Assembly (NCBI GenBank): GCA_046563655.1
Contig: CM102283.1
Span: 8,928,001-8,992,000 of the forward strand
DNA: 64,000 bases
Source of the DNA: Yuukianura sp. NJ FZ-2021
Lineage: Eukaryota
Direction of reading: 5' to 3'
Shown one piece after another: positions 1 to 13,265 of the stretch; position 1 is the stretch's first letter; each line of letters begins with the position of its first letter. Made by a program: the position numbers and the translations under genes. The notes under the pieces were generated by a model, which saw only the letters and a program-made list of their open reading frames with translations, was not told where the DNA came from and searched no databases.

Positions 1-3000
1 GACTACTGGAAATATTGGCCAGTTTCAAAATAGTTATTGGCAAGTGACACAGAAGGAAAGTGCCAAAAATGACGAGAATCATCAACAAAAGTTTTCTGTC
101 TTTTGAAGTCATTCGTCCACGTTGTGGAACTGCCGAAGGTCTCCTGGCGTCAGATTTCTTTCTTGGAAGCATTGCTGCAAAAATTCAAATTTTCAAAAAA
201 CTTCACTTTTTTTTAATATTATTTTTGAAAACCTTGTTCAGATGAACTTGGATCGCTGATTTCCTGTGGAGCGACGACTTGTGACTTTGGTAGAGTCGAG
301 GAACTGCCGACCGGTCGTGAGTTGACAGTAGCTCGGTGGACAATGTAGAAAATGCTGGCGTAACAAACGATAATTGCTAAGCATGGCATTACAAATGCTA
401 CTAGAAACAGGAATGTTTTGGGTGATCGCCGATGAACGTCTTTGACAATTGAACAACTTGCAATTTCTCTGTCCAGGGCAAACTTTCCCCAAGCACCAAA
501 CAGTGTTGGAATTATGGCAGCAAAGGCTCCGATCCAAATCAGTCCAATCATTCCTCCAATGTAGTATCCATCGTACAACCTGTTTCAACAAAATTTGAAA
601 AATTAGACAAAAAGAAACAATGAATTCCAAATTTTGAAATTTAACAGTACAATTGAAATCCCGAAATTGAAAAAAGCGATTTTGTGCTGACCGAAACCTA
701 GCCCCCGCATGAAAAAATTTCCTTTTTCTTTATTCAGTTTGCTTAAAATCTGACAGTTACGCTTGCGGAGTTCGGCAATTTGCCTTTACTATAGTTTTAG
801 ATGACATTTTCATTATTTTTTTTCGAAAATGAAAAAAAAATGACATTTTTTTCATTTTTCTTCTCTTGTATTGTATTGAGCGCGCCCTTTCGTGTCATCT
901 TTGACATGAACTTTATTGGAATTACACTGATGAAAAAGACATTATTGATTTTTTTTTTGTAATCTGGAGGTTTCACTCTGTAACTAAAAAGAAATGAGCC
1001 AAACGACGTGGAAATATACGAAACTTTCAGGATTTCGACGCTTGTTTCGCAAAATTCGCAAAAAAGTAAAAGAAAGAAGAGGAAATGGGGTTGTATCAGC
1101 AAAAAGTTTGGCTGGATTTCATTTCGCATTGGACGAACGACATCGCAGATGAGATTACATTCCTTTTATGACTCTTTTGTTTTACAATTTCAAACTTTTG
1201 AAAACGGGTTTCATTGTTCTCAAAGTCTTGGACATTGATGGCCCACTAAACTTTATTTTTGAAAATCCAATTTCGAAATTCAAAAACTCTCCTTTTGTTT
1301 TTGGTTTCAACTCCTCAACTTAAAATGAAAAGCTTTTACAGTAAACATTTTTACGGTAAAAGTGTTGACGGTAAAAGTGAAGTCCCGTGAGATTCAAAAG
1401 TAGTGAAAAATATATTTTTTAGTTTACGTTGTTCTTTTTTTTTTTTTAAGGAAAAAGTGAAATTCGATGTTCAGGTTTTGGTTTAAGAGACGGGAAAGGA
1501 CAAAAAAAATCCAATTTTGAGCTGTAGAGTTACTGGAGGAAAGTGATATTTCAAAAAAAAATCGTAAAAAGGCTCTGTACATGTCCACATTGTTCATAAT
1601 AACTTTCTCCTCCGTTTTCCCTTGGAATCCACTTTCACGTCAACTCTCCAGCACAAAACCAAATAAAAAGAAACCTGCGAAAAACATATTTTCTTGTTTT
1701 TCCAAACAAAAAAACATGCCGAAAAATATTTCAAATTAAATCTGAAAACCAAAAAAGTGACCATTGGAAAATACAAACCGGGACTTACGAAGCTGTTCAA
1801 AAAAACCGAACTTTGATATGAAGAATTTAAATTTCCTAAAAGAAATTTCCATTCTTTTGTCCGATTGTCAACGTTGACAAACAAGTGTTAGGTAGTCATT
1901 TATAGGCAGCAAATTAAGTTGCTTATCAATTCCAAAATTTACAGCTTATATTCCATCATAAATATGCCCAATTTCAAAAAAAAGTTTATGACGCACGTTG
2001 ACATCTTGACGTAAAGTGTTGTTTCAACTGGACTAAAAAAAAGCGCACCTAAGTTTTAAGCTTTTTGAACTTTGCCTTTTCCACTGCTTTTTCAGATTTA
2101 CTTCCATTTTTAGCTTTTTCAAACCAGTTTTTTAAAAAACGAACCTTGGGTACAATCGTGGGTGTCCAATCATGATGTATCGGTTGATGGTGATTGCCAA
2201 AACAGTAAAAATGGAGACGGCCATGAGTCCATAGCGGAAGAATGGAAACAGAATGCAGAGTGTATTGGAGTGGACCCAACTCCTATTCCAGAAAATGGAG
2301 GCAGCCAATGGGAGGTTGAAGGAACAGAACATGAGGTCACACAGACTCAGGTTGATGATGAAGTAGGCCGTCGCATTGTGAACCTACCAAAAAAAAAAAA
2401 CAAAAAAAAAAATGTATAAATTTTTTTGAAAAAATTAAAAGTTGCGGTTTTTCTTGAATGGTGGTCGTTGCTCTTAAAACATAAAAAATAACAAGGTTTT
2501 CCCGTGTGAATGAATTTTAATTGACCTTATTAAGCGGAAATGACACGTCACCTACTTCAATTAACATAAGACACCACAAGCTGCTTTTCAAAATTTACCA
2601 AAACTGTGACTTTTTTGAATTTCTTAGTGCGAAAAGTACAAGTCATGAAGTTCAATTCATTCTGTTCAGTGGTTTTCGTGTTGATACTGTTCGGACCAAT
2701 CGTGATTTCGTCAACATCCGACGACTTTTTGGAAATAAGAACAGAACGCTCCATTGGAGACAAATTACAGTAAAACTCAAGTTAATTTTTCAATTACTCA
2801 AAATTGATTTCATTTTGAAATTTGTGCTAAAAAGTTATTGTTTGTAGGTCTTTTCTTGGTATTTTCAGAAGCAAGACATGCCCTTCAGGAAATGACCTCC
2901 TTCGATACGACGAAAAGAAAAGACAATGTTACGAAGTGGGGTCAAAGGGCCCCTGTGGAAATCGCATGATCTTCTATGCTGTTCCGGACAATGACAGGAT

Positions 3001-6000
3001 AGGCGTCTGCGACTGCGCATATGCCCATGAGTCCAGAACACTTATTTACCATGCTCATACTAACCAGTGCTACTTTGTGTTTGAGCAGGTACATTTTTCA
3101 AAATTTCATTTTTTGAAAAAATGTAACTTAAAAATATATTTTTAGGGTTACTGCAAACCAGGTCAATGGCTCACTTTTCACTCAAAGACGAAACTGCCAT
3201 TTTGCGAAACGAATCCATGCGTTTCAAAAGTGGCGGGAAATCTGTTGGCGACATTTGTACTTTACGAGGGCACTTGCGTTCCACTGAATTCTGCATGCAG
3301 CTCCAGTAGTGGTATGAAAGGAGTAGTAAAATTTGTTAAAGGCTATGTACGCCCACGGTGTTCCGGCACGCATGCGTCGCAGGCCGTCGGGGCTCCTGTG
3401 CAAGGCTGTGCCCCAGGAAGCTACAAAGCATACACTGGAAGATGCGTACCACTTTTTCAATGGTAGAAAAAGCACTAATCAAAATCAAGAGTTGAAAGAA
3501 ATAGTTCTCAAAGTATTAATTTTTTAAGTTAATTGTTAACTTTAATTAGGTTTTCTCACTTTACAAACTTTCACCAACGTACTAAGTTTTATTAAACGGT
3601 GGAACTCGGTTTACGACTTGTCACGTTTTTTTTTGAAAAATTGGAATACTTCGAAAAATTTGGAATTTTTTTTTGAAAGAGAAGTTGAATGACCTGGGAC
3701 TTTCTCTCCTTGTTGAAGATGGGGAGAAAGTGGAAGCTCTGAGAAAGCAATTATGAAAGTGTAATCCGCGTCGTTTTGGCACAGGAGGCTCCATGTGCAC
3801 TTCCTGGCAGGCTCTCCCTACCTAACTTTGCTATCGAGAGAAAGTTAATCAAGAAGAAATTGGTAAGACAGGTAGGACTCAAGTACTTTTTCTTCCTTCC
3901 TTCCTCATTAATGCTCCGTCTCACACCATTTCCACAGGCAATTCCATTACTTTTAATGCCTAAGCTCACAAACACTTACACCCAATCCCACTTTCTCCCT
4001 AAAGTGAAAGTGTTACACACAAGTCTAAATGTCCCACAATCCGACATCCAGCTAACATTTGCAACCTAACATTTTTAGTCTAAGATTTCCCACCCTAACA
4101 ATTTCCAATATAACATTTTTCAACCTAACTGGAGCGGAGTTAGTTGCATTAATGCGTAATGGAATGGACTCTAACAGTTGGTGTAACTAATAAATCCTAC
4201 TATTGTGACTCCTCTTCCAGTCATTCCACCAAACAATGGAACGGAATGGAATGGAATGGAACGGAATGGAATGGTGGGGAAAGTGATCCATTGAAAAGGG
4301 AAGGGGCACATAAGGAAGTCGTAACTTTTGAAGCCGAAGCAGCAGTCGCCACTCCAACTTTTGGCGGGAAAAGCCAAAGTAAGTGAAAGTGATGAAGATC
4401 CTTTTCTTTCCGTTACTCTCATTGACTCACAGTTCCATACCCTATGTTTTTTTGAAAAAAAAACTTAAGAGAGTTAGGTAAAGAGACACCAACATTTTTT
4501 AGTAAGTGTCACCCATGGTCCAAAAAGCGTTTGGTCATAACTTATAAAGCGACGACAAGTAACCGGAGCGCGCCAATTTCAAAATCTTCCCGAGTTTTGA
4601 GAAAACCGGGACCGACTGTCAAAAAAAAAGCAGTTTGTTTCTCTCTTTCTGTTTGGAAAAGAAACCATTTCCTTTGACTTTTTAGACTACGTTGGTGTTT
4701 TCAAGTTAGTTTTTTTTTGTTAAAGCAGCAAGTTGTTTGTAGAGTCGTGCCATTTATTTCTAGAACCTTCCGTCTAAACATTTCTGTCTCCAGTTGGGAT
4801 GCTGGTGGAGACAAGTATTTTGGTGAAAGTGAAATGTTTTAGAATCCACATGGTCTCTCATTGAGTAAAACGGTCAGAACTCTTGACTTCTGTAAAAAGT
4901 AAAAACAGTGGTGAAAGCAGTTGAAATGACTTGGGAAGAAAAAGCGTCGGAGTTTTAGATGGTCGGAAATGTTCTTAGGAAGAAAAAAGTACTGGCAAGT
5001 ACTTTCTCTACTCAGGGCTAGGAAAGAGAAAGCTCATCTAATTTGACAGTCAAATAAATCCGCCTGCAAATGTTCTACTTCGAGAGCTCTCTTTTGTAAA
5101 GTTAAGTTATTCTACCTTTAGTACTTTTTTCTAACACTTTTCACGTTTGCACAAGCCTAAGCTTCTCTGTGATTTTTTTTTACAAAGTGTCAAACGCTGC
5201 AAGAGAAAGCAACTGAAAGTTATGGAGTGGAGTTCAAAAGTTCAAAAGTTCCTCTGAGAAATTTATTTTCCCAAAATTCAAGATTTTACTATCACTCTAA
5301 ATTCTCATAAACAAGAATTTTGATTAAAATTTTTGTTAACTTTCACCTCTGTTTCTTAATTTTTACTCTTGATTATGTCCAAATTTAACTTTACTTTATC
5401 CTGCTCGTATTCTATTAAAACGTTTTGACTCACACAAAAATTTAGGCTAAATGTTAGTTTTTTTCTCAGCGTAGCTTAGTTTTTGTTTTTATGAACTTTG
5501 AACAGCTGAAAGCATGCGGAATTAAGCGAGAAATTTTGGTGTGATCCAGTGAAAGTCAAGTTATTGCGAAAAGTTTGATGCGGAGATTAAAGAAAGACAA
5601 TAATTTTTGCCCTGGTGCACAATTAAACCTTATCCAATAAAACTTAGTTCCAGTTTTATGAGCAGTTCAACACGGAACCTAACTTTAGATTAGGTTCCAT
5701 TTCATTGGATTTTCCATTTCGTCCAGATTTCTTTTATTTCATCTCATGGGAATCAAAAACTTGTGTTTGGGGATCAACTCCAAAATGAAATAAATGTCTT
5801 CAATAACAACAACTTTCTCTACAAAATTATGTAAATGTAATGTTCTTTTTCTTTTCTAAAAAAACACCATTTTTTGAACATTTCTGAAAATATGGCATAT
5901 GGAAACGGAAGGGCGTTGACCTTACTAACTAAGAAAAGAAAAGGAAATCCGCATTTAACTAAACCTGGCCAAAAAATTTGAATTTCTTACAAAGTTTCAG

Positions 6001-9000
6001 CTTAAAAAAGTTTTGCAAAGTTTCGGAAATGAGATTTGGAGAAAATTATAGTTAATGCATCTCATTTCCTCTAAACTTTTTTTTTTCATTTCAGAAAAAG
6101 CTTCCGACAGGAGAGAAAGTTTTGTGCTTTCTCCAGTCACGATTTTTTTTTGCTTTCTTCAACAGTTGTTGTTTCAATTCTCAGAAATTAATGACCGGCG
6201 TTGTAAGATTTCTTGCTTCTAGCAAGTAACAAGATTAAAAATTTGGTATTTCCGCATTCAAAAAAGTTTCAAAATGAGGAATTTTTTGAACCTAAGACAC
6301 TCAAACCTACTGCTTTAATAATTAATTAATTTTAATTAATTTGTCTATTTTTGCCGTCACTTTTTTAATCTTTTTTGAAAAAAAATGTCATTTATAGTGC
6401 CAACAAAATTTATTGTCGTTTTCTTTTTAATCAGCATGTGGCACATCAGCGTCAATTCGAAGCTGAAACAGAGTTGCTAAACATTAATTCACGTCCTTAG
6501 CAGCACAGCATTAGTTGGAACGTTGGAATTCGCCCTTTTTGTGCGACTTAGCAGTGACAGTGATCGATTCCCAGTGGAGGTTTTAGAGAAGAAAAAAATT
6601 GAAACCAGGAAATCAATTTGTGGAATGCCACCGTCGGAGTTCAAATTGAATTTCAAGAGTTTGGATCTTGTCGGATCTGATCTTCCCCTTAACACTAGAA
6701 ATTCTTTCGGAAATTTAGCACCGCTTTTTGTTTCGAAAAGTGACAAGAGTGAAAGTAGGAAGTTTTGGTGTAGATTTGATTAAAAATGTAAATCTACAAA
6801 GTCTAAAGTGGGTCTTAAACTTTTTGGAATGGGAAAAGTGGTGGATTTAAGTAGATTATAAAAGCGGAGGAGGAAAGAGTTATTAGAACTAGGCTAAAAT
6901 GGAAGTTTTTGAACAAGGAGGGAAATTTTGAAAAGGTTTGGAGTTAGTGAGGCGGAGAATGAAAAAGTGTTTGGATTTGGAAATGGCGAAGGCGGGAAAA
7001 GTAAACTTCTTGAAAGTTTTGGGATTATCAAATCCACTGGCAAAGATCCAGCATCCAGAAGTGCTGGCAGCATCAGCACAAGTGCTGGCAGAGTCCTTGT
7101 GCTTTTGAAACTTTACTTTTCACAAAGCATATTGACAGGTTTTGTGTGCGAATGGAGCGTATAGGATTTGAATATGTTAGTTTACCCGGGTTAGATCATT
7201 TCGGTTTGTTCCAAAATCAGGTTCTGGAACCCATGAATTTTTTATAAGCGAAAAAAACTTTTGGGAAAACTTAAATCCAAAACATGATCTTCGATGAAAC
7301 TGAAAAAACGGTTTTTTGTTTCAAAACTTTTTTGGTTTCAAAATTCTAATTTCATGGACCACAAAATTTTGATCAAACTTTCAGTTTTCTCCAAAATTTA
7401 AACAAATCCCAAACTTTCACCAAAATCTAAATCAATTTCAACGTTCCCACTCCGTGCTCCGCCAAACCACTTGACTTTTGCTTTTTAATTTAACCGCCAT
7501 AAATATTCCCTTCCAGTGTCGCAGCATCTGAGTCATAAATCTGAAGCGCAAGGATTCAAGCATCGCTGGAATCCAGTTTCTCAATGGCAGTCAAGCGTTA
7601 CACTGGAAGCGTTTCCCTTTCAAAACTTTTTTGGTGCTGGAGAAAGCAATAAGTATTTCGTTATAACTACAAAAATAAAAGTGCCATTTAAAAAGACGCC
7701 CTCAAAGGACCGCCTAAGCATCGATTTTGTATCAAATACTGGAGGAAGCATCATGTGTGCTGCCTTTTTTAGTACCCAATTTGATGCTGATAGGCTCTCC
7801 AGAGAGGTACAAACCAAAGTGACACTTAAAGTAAAACTCAAGGGCTCCCTCACATGACAAATGGCCATAATTTCAGTTTCATTTTGAATTTTCCCTGGCA
7901 AAGTGATGGTTAAGACGTGGTCCAATTTCTAGATTTCAAATTGTAGCGGGAGTTATTTGGGTGAGAAAGAGGCCAATTATAGTTTCAGTGCGGTTTTACA
8001 CAAACGGAAGTTTGGGTTTTGAAATGGAAAGTTTTGGAGGGAAAAGAGAGCGGGAAGTATAGAATTTGAAATGGTCATGACACCATTGTCATTCTCTGCT
8101 CCATTAAATCCAGCCACCAATCTCACCCCTTTATGTCCAACACTTATTTTCGTCCATGTCAACGACCACACTAACGATGGTTCCCATGTCCGAATTTCCT
8201 GTGATAAGCCAATCCAGTTACCAGAGTGACCAGAGGGTGACAACCGCTACACAGTTTCCCATGCACTTTAAGATTACGACAACTATTGTAATGAGCGACG
8301 CTTTCAATTTCAACATTATCAAAAACTATCAAGAATTTTGAACAATGTTTGTTGAGTTTCAAAAAAGTTGAGGAATTCCTGAGTTTTTTTTTTCATTTTC
8401 TGATTTAGATTTTAAATTAACCTAGGAAAAGGCCACCAAAAATAAAAATTTTTAGGAAAAGACAATATCGGTGTCAAATTTTCTAGTTCACGTTTTTGCA
8501 AACAATTCGCAGAGCTTTTAATTTTTCTTAAAACTCGACAATTTTTTGTAAGTGGTTGTTGAAACGGAGAGCTTTGAAAAGCTAATCTATTAAAACATGA
8601 AATGCTATTGCTGTACAATTAAATGAAAATTTTATGGGATAAGAGATTAGGAGTCGTTTATATTCAAACTGTGCCGCTTCCAGTTTCCTTATCGCTTGTG
8701 ACGCTGTTTGCACTATAAGAAAATTGGCGTGAGTAATTTCCACTTTCTGAATTTCTAGTTTAGGTTTTCCGGTACAAATGGGTGAAAATCTTGCAGTGGT
8801 TTGCCACAACCACTGACGTCTAAAAGTCCAAAATTTTCAAATTTTGCAAGGACACGACTACGACGAAAAGTTTGTAGCTTATAATTAATTGCAATTAGTC
8901 GCTGCTAACTCGGTAATTACGAATTAGCTTAGCATTCAGCGCAACAGCATCAGTACCAGCCTACTTTTGAAATTACTGCTGAATGTTCAGACAAAACAAA

Positions 9001-11127
9001 GCGACGATAATTTCTGGCAGAGATTTCTTTTGTCCAAGAAAAACTTCTAGATTTTTTTGAAAAAAAAAAACGCGCTGCTGCAGGGCTCTTAAAGGAAACA
9101 TTTCCTAATGGATTTCGGATTTCGTTCCACTCTGATTCCTCTCTAACGACGATCCAATAGGAAAATTCGATTCCAAGTTTCATCAAGTACTGAGCGATTT
9201 TTTATAGGTTCATCAACCGAGAACTAACGAAACTTTCACTTGCAAATTCACAAATTGCACCAATTTTGAACCAAAACTTTCCAAAAATACTAAAATTAAG
9301 ATAATTAACGAGTAATCAACAAGGGATTGTTAGTGGGAGATAATATGTCAAAGTGAAAGCAAATTACAAGTTAGACGGTTTCCAAATTTCGACGAATTTT
9401 CAGTAATTGACAACTTTCTTCACTCTAACTTTTTTTCCTCAAAATTACTAATTCTTAGTGCGCTTGCGCTACATGCTTTCTCTATGTTGTACTGTTTTTT
9501 AGGCGTTTTAGACTAAAGACCGGAGATTGACCTCGTTTTGGCTGAATTGTGAAAGACAAAAGGTGAAGCTCTCAGTTCTAAAATGGTTTTTGTTAGCCTA
9601 AACGTTAGGTTTAGACTATGTGAGGTCAAGGAGCTAAAAGACGGAACAAGACGCTTGTCGCTCCAGACGTAACAGAATGATCCTAATAAAATTCTACGCT
9701 CTTTGAGTCATAGTCGTCGTCTTTTCTAGTCCTCCGATGTCACTAGGATCTAATAACTGTCTTCATATCTTCAAATGGAGATGCTACGCTAAGCATCCCT
9801 CCTAAAATGAAACAAACGTCGGCACACAATTTATACTTTCCCGCTCGGCTCCAAATTGATCAACCGGAAAAGTTTCTGGATCACTTAATCCTTATGTCCC
9901 AATTACACCAAATTCCTAACCTTACTTTCTCCTTTCTTCAAAATTACTTGTCCAAACATTTATTTATTGCAACTTTGTGCACTTTTTTGAACTTTCTCCT
10001 AAATCAGTAGCAAGGTAAAAACGAGGTCATTGACCTCAAAACTTTGTTTTAATAGAAATTTATCGTCTTTGCATTGACAGCCTGCTGCGTTCGACCGTGC
10101 GATGATTAATTATTCCAAAAGCATTTTCGAAATCCGAAAACTTTAAATTAAGTTTTTCGGAGGTTCAAATTACGAAAAGTTCGAATTTTGGAAATTAGAA
10201 TGCAGAATCACATACACCGAGCTGACAGTTCCAGACGCACACCGACTTTAAATTTACTGATTTTCGGATCATCCGTTTTCTCTGCGATCAATGATCTTTT
10301 GTTTTCTAATTCTCCACAACCTGACACTGGCACTCCAGCAGTTCTAGAGAAAGCATCAGCAGGGCCGTAACGACATCAGTTATGATTTATGATTCAAAGT
10401 TTCCGAGCGCGGGAAAAGTGGAATGCTGTTCCATAAAATTCCAGAGTTATGGGCAATGATCTTCTGTTGAATGCTGGGAAATGGAGAAATTAGGGAGGCC
10501 GAGGGATAACAAACATACTTTTGTAAAACTATAAACTCGAATTTTCTTACAACAGGAAATTTATGTCTTGTCAAAATTTAATTTCCGTAAACTAAGGAAC
10601 AAGATGAGGAGAAAATGAATTTTCCGCTTTCTGAACTTTCTCTTTAAAATTTTAAGGTTTCCATTACTTTCCACTTGACTCAAATTTCTGAAATTTCGAA
10701 TGAAGAACTTCGAAAAATTAATTTTCTGGAACCCAATTTCCTCATTTTGTTTGTTTCCCCCGTAACTATAGTAATTAAAACTTTGAAATACTGCCAAAAA
10801 GTACCTAAATGCTGAGTAATTAACTTTCCAATGACAATATTATTCTTATTAATTATTATTAATATGTTATTTTTAATAATAAATTATACTTTCACTAACC
10901 TTTTTACAGCGTGCGAGGGCCACAATTGTCAGAAGATTGCCAGGTAATCCAAGAAAAATGAACGTAATGCAGCAAAAGGTTGCAAATTGTGTAAATTGAT
11001 GTGACAAATCTGGAAATAAATCTTCTGCAACTTCATTTTGCGGAGAGAGACTTAAGGGCGAAGTAGCGTTCGAGTCGTTTTCACTTTGCAAAATTCTGTC
11101 ACCAATTTCAAACGGTAATTGACTCAT
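1..11127 (-). CDS. Class A GPCR, moody/Tre1-like; 3' end lies outside the window. Exons about 11127-10900, 2383-2145, 579-233, 174-<1
   Basis: Spliced reading gives TM1 GLPGNLLTIVALARCKK, TM2 VHNATAYFIINLSLCDLMFC, TM3 VLAITINRYIMIGHPRLYP, TM5 FVMPCLAIIVCYASIF and TM6 KDRKLLLMILVIFGTFLLCHLP. All junctions are GT-AG and in phase. Confidence 0.88.
2645..3466 (+). CDS. Secreted Cys-rich protein (DUF4789-like), nested antisense in GPCR intron 1; exons 2645-2769, 2848-3088, 3146-3466
   Basis: Signal peptide MKFNSFCSVVFVLILFG, then CYEVGSKGPCG...GVCDC...CYFVFEQGYCKPGQWL...CETNPC, an arthropod Cys pattern; in-phase GT-AG introns. Confidence 0.75.
4236..4274. repeat. (AYGGA)n pentanucleotide microsatellite, about 8 units
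   Basis: atgga acgga atgga atgga atgga acgga atgga atgg read directly. Confidence 0.85.
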
Positions 11128-12394
11128 TTTGTTCAAACAATTATGAAGTGAAAGCAAAAATTTGTTGAACCTCTGTTTTCTTCTACTTTTGAAATGAAAT
11201 TGAACAAAAAAACTTCAATATCAGCAAAAAAAAGTTTATCTGCACACTAGAATCGCTCGTGACTTTTGTTCAAACATTGTTCAAAAAATCTATGTTTAGA
11301 TCTATATGTTGCTCTTGTCACTTCTTGAGTTTCACTGTTCGCAGAAGACAAAACAAGTGTAATTTGAGCTCCAGTGTGGCTTGAAGTGTTTTGTTTCAAG
11401 AGTTTCTTCACACTTTAGCAGAACAGGATTATGAAATTTAATACTGAGGCTGAGGACGCTCAAAAGTGACGCGCATATCATGTTTTCCCGTCCAGAACCA
11501 CAAAAGGACGAGGAGACCAAAGGTCAATTTGTTATTCTTAACAAGAAAATTAACACTTAGGCTTATTGTTTCTAGTAAATTTGATCATGATACTGCCCAC
11601 TTTGTTTGTAAACTGAAATGGTAATCCACGAAGTTGAAGAAGAAGCGTCGTCTTCCGCTTCCAGAACACTACTGTCACTTTGTGGTTTCTCACGAGGAAA
11701 AGTAGACTTCCCGAAACCAACGACGACACTTCCTTTTCCTCATGCGTCTAACCATCTATTTCGCAAAAAAATTTCTGTTCCAGAATTCCACCAAGCGTAT
11801 GAAACCGGAAGGAAGCGGCTGCTCCTTTTTTAAGAAAAGAGAAATTGTACTAAAAGTGACACCAAATTCCAAATTTTATGTTCTTGGAAATGCAGCGTTG
11901 AATGACCTCCGACTTTCTACTTTCTCCGGAGATTGTTATCTCCAAGGTCTTTCCATATATCCCACGGAACTGTTAAATACAAAGAAAACCTACAGTTTAG
12001 TTCAATCTCACAAAATACTAGATTACTTTTTCAAAGTTTATATTATATTAGCTTATAATTATATTAAGTTATCATTAATTCAATTTATCAATATTTGTGT
12101 GAAATTAGAAGCAAAAAATAAAAATGTTCTAAGAATTTTTCAAAAATTTGCGATGCCCAGCACAGTTGCAGTTGGGTAAGGTGTGTGTAGGGAGTAACAG
12201 TTAGTACAACCCTTTTATTTACTTTTTGACGTTTGACAGCTGATTATTAATTGATTGAGTTATTTTATTTACTACAATCGTACGGGTAAGAACTTAACCT
12301 CAAAGTAAAATCGGTTCCGTATAAGACCATCCGTATAAAGTGGTTGGATTTTGTTAATATTCTACGTTTTGTAGGTTCCGAGTTCCGATTAACC

Positions 12395-12979
12395 ATGAAT
12401 TCGGAAAGGGGTGACACTGGCAAAACGTTTCCTGAAGACACATTTCGCAACGTCTTCGTTACTGTTGGAACGACCTCTTATGATGACCTCATCACATGGG
12501 CTCAAGACGAAGAAACTGTGAAACGTTTTGAAAACATGGGAGTCCAGAATGTCAAGCTACAGATAGGATCAAGCAAGTTGTACAACGAAGGAAAGAAGAC
12601 ATATGGGAACATCGCTTATGAATTTTACTCTTACAAGCCAAATCTTTCTAAAGATTACGACTGGGCAGATTTAGTCATTGGACATGCTGGAGCTGGAACG
12701 GTTGTTGACGTGCTGGAACGCGGGAAAACGCTGTTTGTGATTCCAAATGAATCTCTCATGGATAATCACCAGATTGAACTAGGCGAACATATTCATGCTG
12801 AACGTTATGCCTATTCCAGTACTCTAGGAAACGCACACTCCGTGCTCGCAAGTATTAAAACAAGTGGTCTTCGGAGATTTCCAGAACGTAACATTCGTGG
12901 GTTCCAGGAATGCTTAGAAGACATGATGGGGTTTGATCCAGTACAGTTAGCAAAAGTAAAACAAAATTCAGTTTCCTAG
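12395..12979 (+). CDS. ALG13: UDP-GlcNAc transferase subunit ALG13 (short form, GT28 C-terminal domain)
   Basis: VFVTVGTTSYDDL, LQIG, ADLVIGHAGAGTVVDVL, VIPNESLMDNHQIELG. Confidence 0.93.
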   Translation: MNSERGDTGKTFPEDTFRNVFVTVGTTSYDDLITWAQDEETVKRFENMGVQNVKLQIGSSKLYNEGKKTYGNIAYEFYSYKPNLSKDYDWADLVIGHAGAGTVVDVLERGKTLFVIPNESLMDNHQIELGEHIHAERYAYSSTLGNAHSVLASIKTSGLRRFPERNIRGFQECLEDMMGFDPVQLAKVKQNSVS

Positions 12980-13265
12980 CATTTCATAACCTTAGCACAT
13001 TATAACGGAATTGAGAAATAAATCTTATTTCCAGCTATTTCTTTCGGTTCTTCTTACTATAAAGGAAATTTGAATGGTGTCCGTGACGACAATGGAAATG
13101 TTTGCTTACAATCTGTTTGTTTTGGTATTTTAGTGTCGGCGCGGCATTGAAAAATAATCGGTGGTGGGCATAGTAGATATACGACGCGACGACAGCACAT
13201 ACTTGAACCGAAGACGTTTGTCAAACATTGAGCAGCTCCTAATTCCCACAGTGCTGACGCGGAGA

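Noticed and set aside
6489-8362. Several 60-113 aa ORFs inside the GPCR intron
   Set aside because: No recognisable motifs and no consistent spliced model.
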